NCBI GenBank assembly: GCA_963789395.1
Contig: CAWBKP010000022.1
Coordinates: 96,001-160,000 of the forward strand
Source of the DNA: an uncultured delta proteobacterium
GTDB lineage: Bacteria > Desulfobacterota > Desulfobacteria > Desulfobacterales > Desulfatirhabdiaceae
Direction: 5' to 3'
DNA: 64,000 nt
Shown in pieces: positions 20,820 to 29,486 of the stretch. Position numbers and translations under genes: made by a program. The notes under the pieces are model-generated. The model was not told where the DNA came from. It saw only the letters and a program-made list of their open reading frames with translations, and did no database searches. Position 1 is the first letter of the stretch, and every line of letters starts with the position of its first letter.

Positions 20820-22307
20820 CTATGAAATTGCAAAAAAAGATTTGATTTTTTTTATGAACCCTCCGGGTGTGGCAGCCGCCAGGGCGATAGTATCTCCAGC
20901 CTGCCTGGCAAGTTGTTGCTGGCGTTCAGCCAGTACCTGACCCAGGTATTCGGATATCCCGGAATTGGCTGAGAGAATCTGTGAAAAAACATCTTTATGA
21001 ATCATGATGACTTCGGTGTCTTCTATGGCGCGAACGGTTGCACTCCGGGGCTCGCCGGTTAACAGGCTCATTTCACCAAAAAAATCACCTTTATTCAGAA
21101 CGGCCACCTGCTTGGATGGCTGGGAACGGCTTTCCAGAAGCACCTCGCACGTCCCTTTGGCGATGATATAAAGGGAGTCTCCGGCCTCTTGCTGCCGGAC
21201 AATGATTTCGCCATCGCCAAACGGTTCGAATTTAACCTGATGGGCTAACTGGTTGCGTTCTTCCGGAGAAAGGGGCGAAAGCACCGGCACCTTCTCAAAC
21301 ATCCGGACCAAGTCATTACAGCGATTCTCGCGAGTTGCCGCCTGGTAGGCGCGCTCCTCGTTGGCATGGTAGATGGTTCGGATCGGAAATGGAATGACGA
21401 TGTTGTGCCGTTTGAGGGCATACCAGACAAGGCTGTTGATTTCAGATTTGATTGTGGGCTCGTTTGAGAAATTTTCGTGCCAGAAACGAAACTCATAAAG
21501 AATAGCCGAATCACCAAACGCGGTCAGAATGACATCCGGGGCAGGGCGCTTAAGCACTTTCTGATGCCGGTGTAATACTTCAAGAATCACTTTTTTCACC
21601 TGATCCGGCGGTGTGTCATACTCCAGGCCAATCGACATCCTGGATCGCACCTTCCGCTCCGGTTTGGAAAAGTTCAAAAATACGCGGGCGGTGATTTCCG
21701 AATTGGGAATGTAGACGAGAACCTGATCCCGTGTGAGGAGTTTGGTGGATTTCCAGTTGATGCTGGTAACCATGCCGATATGATCGCCTACCTGAATCCA
21801 GTCACCGATGTCGAATGGCCGTTCAAGCTGAAGGACAAGGCCAAGGAAAAAATTGCTGAGGATCGACTGGGCGGCAAATCCCAGAACAACGGTGAGAGCG
21901 GCAGATGTGGTGACCAGGCTGATCAGATTGATATTGCTCTGCAGGCGCAGGACGATGAAAACCAGAATCGCATAACACAGAAACAGTATAAAATCACGGG
22001 TGATCCTGGGAATGGGCTTTTTTCCGCGGACTTTCAGCGGAATTTCCAGGGTACCGGCAAAAACCAGTCGCGCAATTGCCCAGGACAGTACAATGGATTT
22101 GGTTACCGTGAGCCAGATTTCCAAGTCCGTGGATGATACAAGGGATTGGGTCAAACGCGACAAAAATAAAATGCAAAAATAAATAATTAATAGCGTAAGG
22201 GGAAGTTCGGGGAGTCTGGAAGACCGTTTTGATACAATGTGATACAGAACGAGCAGGACAATGGACAAAAGCGCCAGCCATAACGTCAAATCAAAAAATA
22301 CTGGCAC
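20820..22307 (-). CDS. MscS-family mechanosensitive channel with cyclic-nucleotide-binding domain
   Basis: LGFAAQSILSNFFLG, PFDIGDWI, IPNS, IPFP; C-terminal GDFFGEMSLLTGEPRSATV. Confidence 0.9.
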   Translation of the reverse strand: MPVFFDLTLWLALLSIVLLVLYHIVSKRSSRLPELPLTLLIIYFCILFLSRLTQSLVSSTDLEIWLTVTKSIVLSWAIARLVFAGTLEIPLKVRGKKPIPRITRDFILFLCYAILVFIVLRLQSNINLISLVTTSAALTVVLGFAAQSILSNFFLGLVLQLERPFDIGDWIQVGDHIGMVTSINWKSTKLLTRDQVLVYIPNSEITARVFLNFSKPERKVRSRMSIGLEYDTPPDQVKKVILEVLHRHQKVLKRPAPDVILTAFGDSAILYEFRFWHENFSNEPTIKSEINSLVWYALKRHNIVIPFPIRTIYHANEERAYQAATRENRCNDLVRMFEKVPVLSPLSPEERNQLAHQVKFEPFGDGEIIVRQQEAGDSLYIIAKGTCEVLLESRSQPSKQVAVLNKGDFFGEMSLLTGEPRSATVRAIEDTEVIMIHKDVFSQILSANSGISEYLGQVLAERQQQLARQAGDTIALAAATPGGFIKKIKSFFAIS

Positions 22308-22518
22308 GCGTTACCATCCTGAATGACCTGTATGAAAGACGTTGGAGTAAAATAGAAGGTCGGCGGGTTGGAATTCGATGATAGAAACCGAAAGGGCGGT
22401 TGCTTGAGTACCGCCGGGAAAGAATTCGGCCTTATTTTCTTGCCGCAGCTGGTTTTTACACGTCATGTCAGGCTCAATTATTATTGGGTGCGCATGAAAA
22501 ATAGGCATCACACATATC

Positions 22519-22556
22519 AAAAAAAGGGGCAACCGGAAATCTCAGGCTACCCCCTC
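22519..22556 (-). terminator. Rho-independent terminator of the small lipoprotein gene
   Basis: Minus strand GGGGTAGCC-loop-GGTTGCCCC followed by T7. Confidence 0.7.
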
Positions 22557-22622
22557 GAAACTGGCTTATTTTTAATACATCATCGGTAAAAATAAGCGGC
22601 GTGTTTAGTCAGAAAAGATATA

Positions 22623-22832
22623 TTAGTGTCTTGCGTAAGAAATTCCCCACCATTTTTCCTGTGCGGAATCGTTAGCGGCTTTTTCCGTCACATTTTTAAA
22701 TCCCCACCAGCTGAATCCCAGATGGCTCCAGGTTTTGTAGTGGGAACCGTGCTCCATGTATTCTGATTCTTTGATTCCTGCGCACCCTGCCAGAAACATT
22801 CCCAATGCAATGATCAAAACCATTTTTTTCAT
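22623..22832 (-). CDS. Small lipoprotein of unknown function
   Basis: AGGAGG RBS, MKKMVLIIALGMFLAGC lipobox, own terminator. Confidence 0.8.
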   Translation of the reverse strand: MKKMVLIIALGMFLAGCAGIKESEYMEHGSHYKTWSHLGFSWWGFKNVTEKAANDSAQEKWWGISYARH

Positions 22833-23066
22833 TTGTTTTCCTCCTTTTATTGAATCATTAAAAAAATAAATAAATTACACTTCTCCATATTCTCCATGAG
22901 ATTTCATATAACAAAATTATCAAGAGTGCAATCAAAATTCTAAATAAATCCGTAATGGAGATTGTTCCCATCTGAAAGAGATAAAATTTGTATAGGCCCG
23001 CGAGTGACACAACCGGCATTTTCCGCATAAATGATATTTATATTGGCGGAAGACTAAAATAAAATC

Positions 23067-23095
23067 TTGAAAAACCGGTCATGTTCGAATATGAA
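23067..23095 (+). promoter_or_regulatory. Possible sigma70 promoter for usp (and perhaps the rnf genes)
   Basis: TTGAAA-17 bp-TATGAA. Confidence 0.35.
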
Positions 23096-23148
23096 GCATA
23101 AGGTTTGATTTAACGCCTTATTGGCATAATCCGGATAAGGAGGTAGAA

Positions 23149-23622
23149 ATGGGACAGAAGATTCTGGTTGCTCTGGATGATTCCAGCAATGCAATGCGGA
23201 CAATTGAATTTATTGCCAAAACTTTTTCTCAATCTGAAAACGACCTTACCCTTTTCAGCGTTCTTCCCGATACCGCCACGCTTTGCGACATGAACAGCCC
23301 TGAATTGACCCCTTATTTTATTTCTCAGCAAAACAGTTTTTGTCAGCTTGAAGAGCAAAAAAAACTGCTGATCCAAGAAGCCTTGAAAAAGGCAAAGGAT
23401 ATTCTGGCAAGCGCCGGGTTCAGTCCTGACCGTATTCACCTGAAAATTCAGGTGAAGAAGCGGGGAATCGCCAGGGATATCATCGAAGAGGCCCATTCCG
23501 GATATGCCATTGTCGTTATGGGCAAAAGAGGCCTTTCCGGAGTTAAGGAGTTTATGCTGGGAAGCGTTTCTCAAAAAGTCATTCATGGTGTGAAGGACAT
23601 CTCCGTGGTCATTGTGAACTGA
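23149..23622 (+). CDS. Universal stress protein
   Basis: KILVALDDS; VVMGKRGLSGVKEFMLGSVSQKV; AGGAGG RBS. Confidence 0.92.
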   Translation: MGQKILVALDDSSNAMRTIEFIAKTFSQSENDLTLFSVLPDTATLCDMNSPELTPYFISQQNSFCQLEEQKKLLIQEALKKAKDILASAGFSPDRIHLKIQVKKRGIARDIIEEAHSGYAIVVMGKRGLSGVKEFMLGSVSQKVIHGVKDISVVIVN

Positions 23623-23729
23623 TCTTTCGCGCCCCTGACCGCTGGGCGCTTTACGTTTTCTGATTAACCACTTTGTCCCGTGTGCGTGCTCAAATTCAGG
23701 TGCGCATCCGGATGTGAAAGGAACCGGCC

Positions 23730-24167
23730 ATGGCCTCAAAGAAACACCTGCAAATAGCCTACAGCGCGGCCATCATTCTTTTTGTTATTGGCGCATTCAG
23801 CTATGCTGCTTTTTCCGCAAAAAAACCCGAACAGCCTGTCAGGATCATGTTTAAAGCGATTGCCGGAAAAGTCCTGTTCGATCACAAAACCCATGCGTCC
23901 GGTGCAGGTTACGGTGCGTCATGCAATGACTGCCATCATCATCCGGCCGGACAGGATTCCGGATACAGGGCCTGTGGTGACTGTCATCTGCCTGCTGAGA
24001 GCAGCACCGATGCAAAGCCTGAGGTCTGTAAGGATTGCCATGACCCCGGTGATTATGAAGGTGTTGAAATTTTAAAGAAAACCGAAGCATTTCACGACCA
24101 GTGTATTAATTGCCACAAGCAGATCGGGGCCGGACCTCAGGAATGTTCGGCATGCCATGTCTTGTAA
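23730..24167 (+). CDS. Cytochrome c3-family multiheme protein with five CxxCH motifs, Rnf-associated
   Basis: N-terminal hydrophobic helix, VLFDHKTH; CNDCH, CGDCH, CKDCH, CINCH, CSACH. Confidence 0.9.
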   Translation: MASKKHLQIAYSAAIILFVIGAFSYAAFSAKKPEQPVRIMFKAIAGKVLFDHKTHASGAGYGASCNDCHHHPAGQDSGYRACGDCHLPAESSTDAKPEVCKDCHDPGDYEGVEILKKTEAFHDQCINCHKQIGAGPQECSACHVL

Positions 24168-24231
24168 CGCTTTCGGGACCAGTGATTGCTTTTTGTCAAC
24201 CTCATGCTGTTATCACGTAAAGGTTTGAACC

Positions 24232-25515
24232 ATGCTAAAAAGATCATTTGTCGGATTGACAAAACCCTGGATCAAATATGAAGTTCTGGGGAAAAGTCCG
24301 CAGGAACCTGTGAACGTCCCCGATGCCGATGAAGCCATTTTGTTTCTGGAAGGCAGCTATCAATACCTGAATGAGATTCAACTGAAAAAGGGCCAGGAGG
24401 TCAGGTCCGGCCAGCGGCTCTATTTGAAAGAAGGCGATACGGCGTTCACGCTGTCAACAGTTGCCGGAACCATTTCCTCCCTGTCCCAATTCACCGGTGA
24501 TTTTGGCAGACGCTATACGGCGGTTGCCATTCAAATTTCACAGAATGAAGAACGGGATGCTGAGTTCGAGACGGTGCGGGGAGACTGGTCGCTTCAGACG
24601 GCATCGTCTTTTCTTCGGGGAATGCCGGGGGATTTGCCGTTTCATCTCCTGACGGATTCACGGGAGCCGGTTCACACCCTGATTATTACGGGAATGGACG
24701 GCGATCTTCTGGTAACCACGCAGCAATATGTGGTGCGCTCGGATTTTGACAGACTTGCCCGTGGCATCCATGTCCTGAAAAAAATAACCGGCATCGAAAA
24801 TGTCATACTGGCCGTGTCCAGAGAATTCATACAGGGATACGGACATATCGGGGCTGTGGTGAAATTTGTGGATACGGCGTATCCCTCGGCCCATCCGGTG
24901 CTTCTGTCCAGTGCGCTTCTGGGCCGGGTGATTCCCGCCGGAAAAACCTGTGAAGACATCGGTGTATGCTGCATGAACGCCGAAGCCGTCGTGTCGCTGG
25001 GAGAGGCGTTTGAAACCGGCCGAATTCCAGAAAAAAAGCTTCTGACTGTCGTCGGCAAAGACGGACGCGGCATCCTGGTTTCCGCACGAGTCGGCACCCC
25101 GGTCCGGCAGATTTTTAACACACTTGGCATGACAATTAAAACCGGAGACCGGATTATAGCCGGCGGGCCAATGACCGGCTCGGCCATTTATTCGGAAGAT
25201 TATCCGGTCCAGCCCGGAACAGACGCCCTTCTGGTTCAGGACGGCGACACCATTCCGCTGTACTCGGATTATCCCTGCATCAACTGCGGCGACTGCATTC
25301 GCATCTGTCCGGTAAATGTTCCGGTCAACATGATGATCCGCTTCCTTGAGGCCGGGCATTACCAGGAAGCCGTCGATATGTATGATCTGAACTCCTGCAT
25401 TGAATGCGGCCTGTGTTCGTTTGTATGCGTATCGCAGATTCCGATCTTCCAATATATCAAACTGGCAAAACACGAACTTGCCTTGAAGCAGGCAGCGGAG
25501 GCAGCCAATGGTTAA
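24232..25515 (+). CDS. rnfC: RnfC-like subunit
   Basis: STVAGTI, YPSA, RVGTPV, GGPMTG; two ferredoxin motifs CINCGDCIRICP and CIECGLCSFVC. Confidence 0.85.
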   Translation: MLKRSFVGLTKPWIKYEVLGKSPQEPVNVPDADEAILFLEGSYQYLNEIQLKKGQEVRSGQRLYLKEGDTAFTLSTVAGTISSLSQFTGDFGRRYTAVAIQISQNEERDAEFETVRGDWSLQTASSFLRGMPGDLPFHLLTDSREPVHTLIITGMDGDLLVTTQQYVVRSDFDRLARGIHVLKKITGIENVILAVSREFIQGYGHIGAVVKFVDTAYPSAHPVLLSSALLGRVIPAGKTCEDIGVCCMNAEAVVSLGEAFETGRIPEKKLLTVVGKDGRGILVSARVGTPVRQIFNTLGMTIKTGDRIIAGGPMTGSAIYSEDYPVQPGTDALLVQDGDTIPLYSDYPCINCGDCIRICPVNVPVNMMIRFLEAGHYQEAVDMYDLNSCIECGLCSFVCVSQIPIFQYIKLAKHELALKQAAEAANG

Positions 25516-26476
25516 TCCGAAAAAATTTATTGTATCCCATGCCCCTTTCTGGCACAACGGAAACAGTATTGCGGAACGCAGTTGCCAGTTGATGCTGGCA
25601 ACGGTTCCGGCCCTTCTGCTGGGCGTTTATCAGTACGGCATCATGGCCGTGAGGGTAATCGCTCTCAGCGTTTCCATGGCCATGATATGGGAGCTTGCCG
25701 CCAACCGGATGACAAAGCGCCCTTACAGCATCGGAGACGGGAATGCGGCTGTCATCGGACTGCTCTTTGCCATGCTCCTGCCGGCAACCACACCCTGGTG
25801 GGCGGTGGTGATCGGAACATTCGTTGCGATTTTCGTGGGAAAGCAGATTTATGGCGGCATCGGCGGAAATCCCTTTAATCCGGTTCTGATCGGACTGGCC
25901 ATTGTTTTGTTGTCCTGGAAAGGGATATTCGATTTCAATGAAGCCCTGGTGAACTACGATTTCGGATTCAACATGGTGTATCCGCTGGCAGCCATCAAGC
26001 ATCACGGCGCATCCGCAGCCGGAACTTATTCCCTGACAGGGCTGCTGATGGGGCAGCAAACCGGCGGCATCGGTGCAACATTCGGCCTGGGATTGATACT
26101 TGGCGGTCTGTATTTAATCCTTAAAGGCGTTATCCGCTGGGAAATTTCGCTTTCCTACCTTGCCGGAGTCTTTTTCACGGCCCTTGTTTTCAACCTGGTC
26201 AACCCCATCCGCTTTGCCCCGGCCGAGTTTCATCTGGTGACCGGTTATACCCTGATTGGCGCATTTTTCCTGGTCACCGAAGACTCTTCCTCTCCGGTGA
26301 ATTTTCTGCCCATGATCCTGTATGGTGCCGGGGCCGGAGTTTTGACGGTTTTGATCCGAAATATCGGCGCTTATGCTGACGGCGTGGTTTTCGCGATCCT
26401 GATGTTTAATATTGCCAATCCACTTCTGGATAAAATCATGCCAAAAGCATTGGGAAAGGTTGATCATCATGCGTGA
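25508..26476 (+). CDS. rnfD: RnfD-like membrane subunit
   Basis: VSHAPF, GKQIYGGIGGNPFNP, GAFFLVTE, GVVFAILMFN. Confidence 0.9.
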   Translation: MVNPKKFIVSHAPFWHNGNSIAERSCQLMLATVPALLLGVYQYGIMAVRVIALSVSMAMIWELAANRMTKRPYSIGDGNAAVIGLLFAMLLPATTPWWAVVIGTFVAIFVGKQIYGGIGGNPFNPVLIGLAIVLLSWKGIFDFNEALVNYDFGFNMVYPLAAIKHHGASAAGTYSLTGLLMGQQTGGIGATFGLGLILGGLYLILKGVIRWEISLSYLAGVFFTALVFNLVNPIRFAPAEFHLVTGYTLIGAFFLVTEDSSSPVNFLPMILYGAGAGVLTVLIRNIGAYADGVVFAILMFNIANPLLDKIMPKALGKVDHHA

Positions 26477-27059
26477 AATGATAAAAATGGTTGTGGTTCT
26501 CACCGCATTAAGCTGTATGTCCGGGGGGCTTCTGGCCTCTTTGCGGGACAGCACCAAAGATCAGATTGAAAATCAGCAGCTGGAATTTGTCAAAGGCCCG
26601 GCCATACGCAAGATCCTGGAAGGCGCATCCAATGATCCCATCAAGGACCGGTTCAAGATCAAGGACGGGGATGTGGAAAGAAGTTTTTTTGTGGGTGTGG
26701 TCAACGGCAAACCGGATGCCGTGGTCTTTGAAAGCGCCGGAAAAGGCTTTGGGGGTACGATCGGCCTGATGGTCGGCGTCAATCTCGCGGATGATAAAAT
26801 TGTCGGCATCGCTGTGACCACACACAGCGAAACCCCCGGGGTCGGAGCCAAAGCCCAGACCGATCCGGCATTTGCCAAGCAGTTTAAAGGCATGGTTCTC
26901 AAGGACGAGTTCAAAGTCAAGCCCGACGGTGGAAAAGTCGATGCACTCTCCGGTGCAACCGTTACCTCGCGCGGGGTTGCGGTAGCAGTTAGCGATGCAG
27001 CGAAAATCTATGATAAGCTCAAGCCCCAGTTGGCGGAAAAAACCAAGGCGATTAAATAG
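26469..27059 (+). CDS. rnfG: RnfG FMN-binding subunit
   Basis: GKGFGGTI, HSETPGVG, DALSGATVTS flavinylation motif. Confidence 0.92.
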   Translation: MREMIKMVVVLTALSCMSGGLLASLRDSTKDQIENQQLEFVKGPAIRKILEGASNDPIKDRFKIKDGDVERSFFVGVVNGKPDAVVFESAGKGFGGTIGLMVGVNLADDKIVGIAVTTHSETPGVGAKAQTDPAFAKQFKGMVLKDEFKVKPDGGKVDALSGATVTSRGVAVAVSDAAKIYDKLKPQLAEKTKAIK

Positions 27060-27067
27060 GGGGGAAT

Positions 27068-27661
27068 ATGGCAAAAACGATTACTCAGGAATTTACAAAA
27101 GGGCTGTGGGCGGAAATTCCTCCCTTTCGGCTGGTGCTGGGCTTGTGTCCGACACTGGCTGTGACCAAGTCCGTGGAAAATGCGGTCGGAATGGGGATTG
27201 CCGTAATATTTGTTCTGGTCTGCTCAAACGTTCTGGTGTCGGCCCTTAGAAAAATCATTCCGGGAAAGGTGAGAATTGCCTGTTTCATTATCGTCATCGC
27301 AACATTTGTTACGGTTGTCGAGCTACTCATGCAGGCCTACACGTATCCGCTTTTTCTGAAGCTGGGAATATTTATTCCCCTGATCGTGGTCAACTGCATT
27401 CCGCTGGGCAGGGCCGAGGCGTTTGCCTATAAAAACGGTTTGCTGGCTTCCTGTGCGGACGGACTGGGAATGGGCCTCGGATATGCACTGTCCCTGACGG
27501 TGCTGTCTACTTTCAGAGAAGTGCTCGGAAGCGGAACATTTCTGGGAAAAGCGGTTTTCGGCCCGTCTTTTCAGCCGTTTTCCTTTATGGTGGAGGCGCC
27601 CGGCGCATTTGTCTGTCTGGGACTGATGCTCTGTATCATGAACGTTCTGGGGAAAAAATAA
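27068..27661 (+). CDS. rnfE: RnfE subunit
   Basis: LGLCPTLAVT, LGIFIPLIVVNC, GRAEAFA. Confidence 0.95.
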   Translation: MAKTITQEFTKGLWAEIPPFRLVLGLCPTLAVTKSVENAVGMGIAVIFVLVCSNVLVSALRKIIPGKVRIACFIIVIATFVTVVELLMQAYTYPLFLKLGIFIPLIVVNCIPLGRAEAFAYKNGLLASCADGLGMGLGYALSLTVLSTFREVLGSGTFLGKAVFGPSFQPFSFMVEAPGAFVCLGLMLCIMNVLGKK

Positions 27662-27671
27662 GAGGTGATGC

Positions 27672-28247
27672 ATGGGTGATTATGTTCTGCTTGTGGTCAG
27701 TTGCGTTCTGGTCAACAATATTCTGCTGGCCCAGTATCTGGGAAACTGCCCGTTTCTGGGAACTTCCAAGAAAATGGAAACCGCCGTCGGCATGGCAATG
27801 GCCGTTATCTTTGTTCTGGTTCTGGCAGGGGCCATTACCTGGTTGGTGGAGATGTACGTCCTCAGGCCCCTGGGGCTGGAATATCTCCGGACCATGTCCT
27901 TTATCGTGGTGATCGCCTCCCTGGTCCAGTTCGTGGAAATGTTTCTCAGAAAAAGCATTCCGGCGCTTTACGCGGGTCTTGGAATTTATCTTCCCCTGAT
28001 TACCACCAACTGTGCGGTGTTGGGAGTTTGCCTGATCAATATCAATGAAGAATACAATTTCATCAAGACACTGGTTGCCTCTTTCGGGTATTCAACGGGT
28101 TTCGGTTTTGCACTGATCCTGTTTGCCGGGGTCCGGGAGCGGATACTGCTTGCAAGGGTTCCCAAGCCCCTTCAGGATACATCGATCGGTCTTGTCACTG
28201 CAGGGCTTCTGTCTCTGTCTTTTTTTGCCTTTAAAGGCATGGTGTAA
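27672..28247 (+). CDS. rnfA: RnfA subunit
   Basis: NNILLAQYLGNCPFLG, IASLVQFVEM, LPLITTNCAVLG. Confidence 0.95.
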   Translation: MGDYVLLVVSCVLVNNILLAQYLGNCPFLGTSKKMETAVGMAMAVIFVLVLAGAITWLVEMYVLRPLGLEYLRTMSFIVVIASLVQFVEMFLRKSIPALYAGLGIYLPLITTNCAVLGVCLININEEYNFIKTLVASFGYSTGFGFALILFAGVRERILLARVPKPLQDTSIGLVTAGLLSLSFFAFKGMV

Positions 28248-28320
28248 AGAGAGACAGAATATAGAAGACTGACGGCTAAAGGGATTTTTGGTAAATCATC
28301 ATCGATCATATGCCGTTTTG

Positions 28321-28352
28321 GCCGGTTCCCGAACTCCGGATTTGGAACCGGC
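28321..28352. terminator. Hairpin downstream of rnfA
   Basis: Perfect 9-bp inverted repeat GCCGGTTCC/GGAACCGGC; no U-tract on the plus strand. Confidence 0.4.
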
Positions 28353-28454
28353 GCGATCGCATCGATTTGTCAATACCGGATTTACAGCTTGATTCCTTGG
28401 GTGACAATGTTTTGGCCCTCAGTCTGATATCCTTTTCCAGGATTTATATCGACG

Positions 28455-29486
28455 ATGAATCCTCCCCGAACGGTTGCATTTTCAAAACACGCGACCAATG
28501 TTTTTTTTCATATTCTGACATCCTGCAATCTCCGATGCCGCCACTGCTATATCAACCCTTCCCAGCATGGCGCTGAATCCCTGGATATTGAAACGATTAC
28601 TGCCTGGCTGAATGCGTTTGCCGGAAAAGAAAACCGGCCCAATGTGATTTTTCTGGGCGGAGAGCCAACGCTTCATCCGGATCTTCCCCTTGCCGTAAAA
28701 CAGGCCAGACGATTGGGGTATCAATCGATTACCATCGATACGAATGGATACCTGTTTCATGATATTCTCCATCGTCTGAATCCCGATGAAGTGGATTTTT
28801 TCAGTTTCAGTCTGGATGGGGCCACGCCCGAGGTTAACGACAGCCTTCGGGGAGAAGGCGCCTATCATGCCTGCCTGAATGGCATTCGACAGGCAATTTC
28901 CAGGGGGTTTCATGCCAGCCTGATTTATACGGTCAGCAGCGCCAATCTCCATGAACTTGATAAAATGCCCGAACTTCTGGCAAGTCTGGGAATCCGCCGT
29001 TTTTTTATTCAGGTTGTGGGTATTCGGGGAAAACCCGCGCAGATCGCGGCATCTGAACCGGACAGAATCAATCAGGTTTCTCCGGAACAGTGGTTGCAAA
29101 AAGTGCCGGCAATAGCGCAAAAAGCGGCGATGATGGGAATATCGGTCACATATCCCAGGGTTTTTCTCAAGCCGGGTGAACTTTTTGAGTGCGCAGGCAG
29201 GGTGGCGGACAATTATTTTATTTTCCCCAATGGCCGTGTTTACCAATGTCCGCTTTGTGAGGATTATCCCCTTCACAGCAGAATTTTTATGAATAATTGT
29301 CTGATTGCAACGCCGGGTATCAATGAGGCGGATCTCTTTAAACTCGATATTCCCGAAGGCTGTGTCATGAATCGGATCATCCAGCCGGGCAATATCCGTT
29401 ACTTGCCGGATGGATCGCCGGAATACCGCATTGCCTGCTGTCTGCTGAAGGAAGAGATCCTCGGAGGATATGATGATGAATCCTAA
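28455..29486 (+). CDS. Radical SAM protein of unknown function
   Basis: CNLRCRHC, FLGGEP, DTNG, SLDG; additional C-terminal cysteines. Confidence 0.9.
   Translation: MNPPRTVAFSKHATNVFFHILTSCNLRCRHCYINPSQHGAESLDIETITAWLNAFAGKENRPNVIFLGGEPTLHPDLPLAVKQARRLGYQSITIDTNGYLFHDILHRLNPDEVDFFSFSLDGATPEVNDSLRGEGAYHACLNGIRQAISRGFHASLIYTVSSANLHELDKMPELLASLGIRRFFIQVVGIRGKPAQIAASEPDRINQVSPEQWLQKVPAIAQKAAMMGISVTYPRVFLKPGELFECAGRVADNYFIFPNGRVYQCPLCEDYPLHSRIFMNNCLIATPGINEADLFKLDIPEGCVMNRIIQPGNIRYLPDGSPEYRIACCLLKEEILGGYDDES

Noticed and set aside
28248..28454. RiPP precursor for the radical SAM enzyme
   Set aside because: No short ORF with an RBS or precursor-like composition; the 88-aa ORF here overlaps the enzyme gene out of frame.
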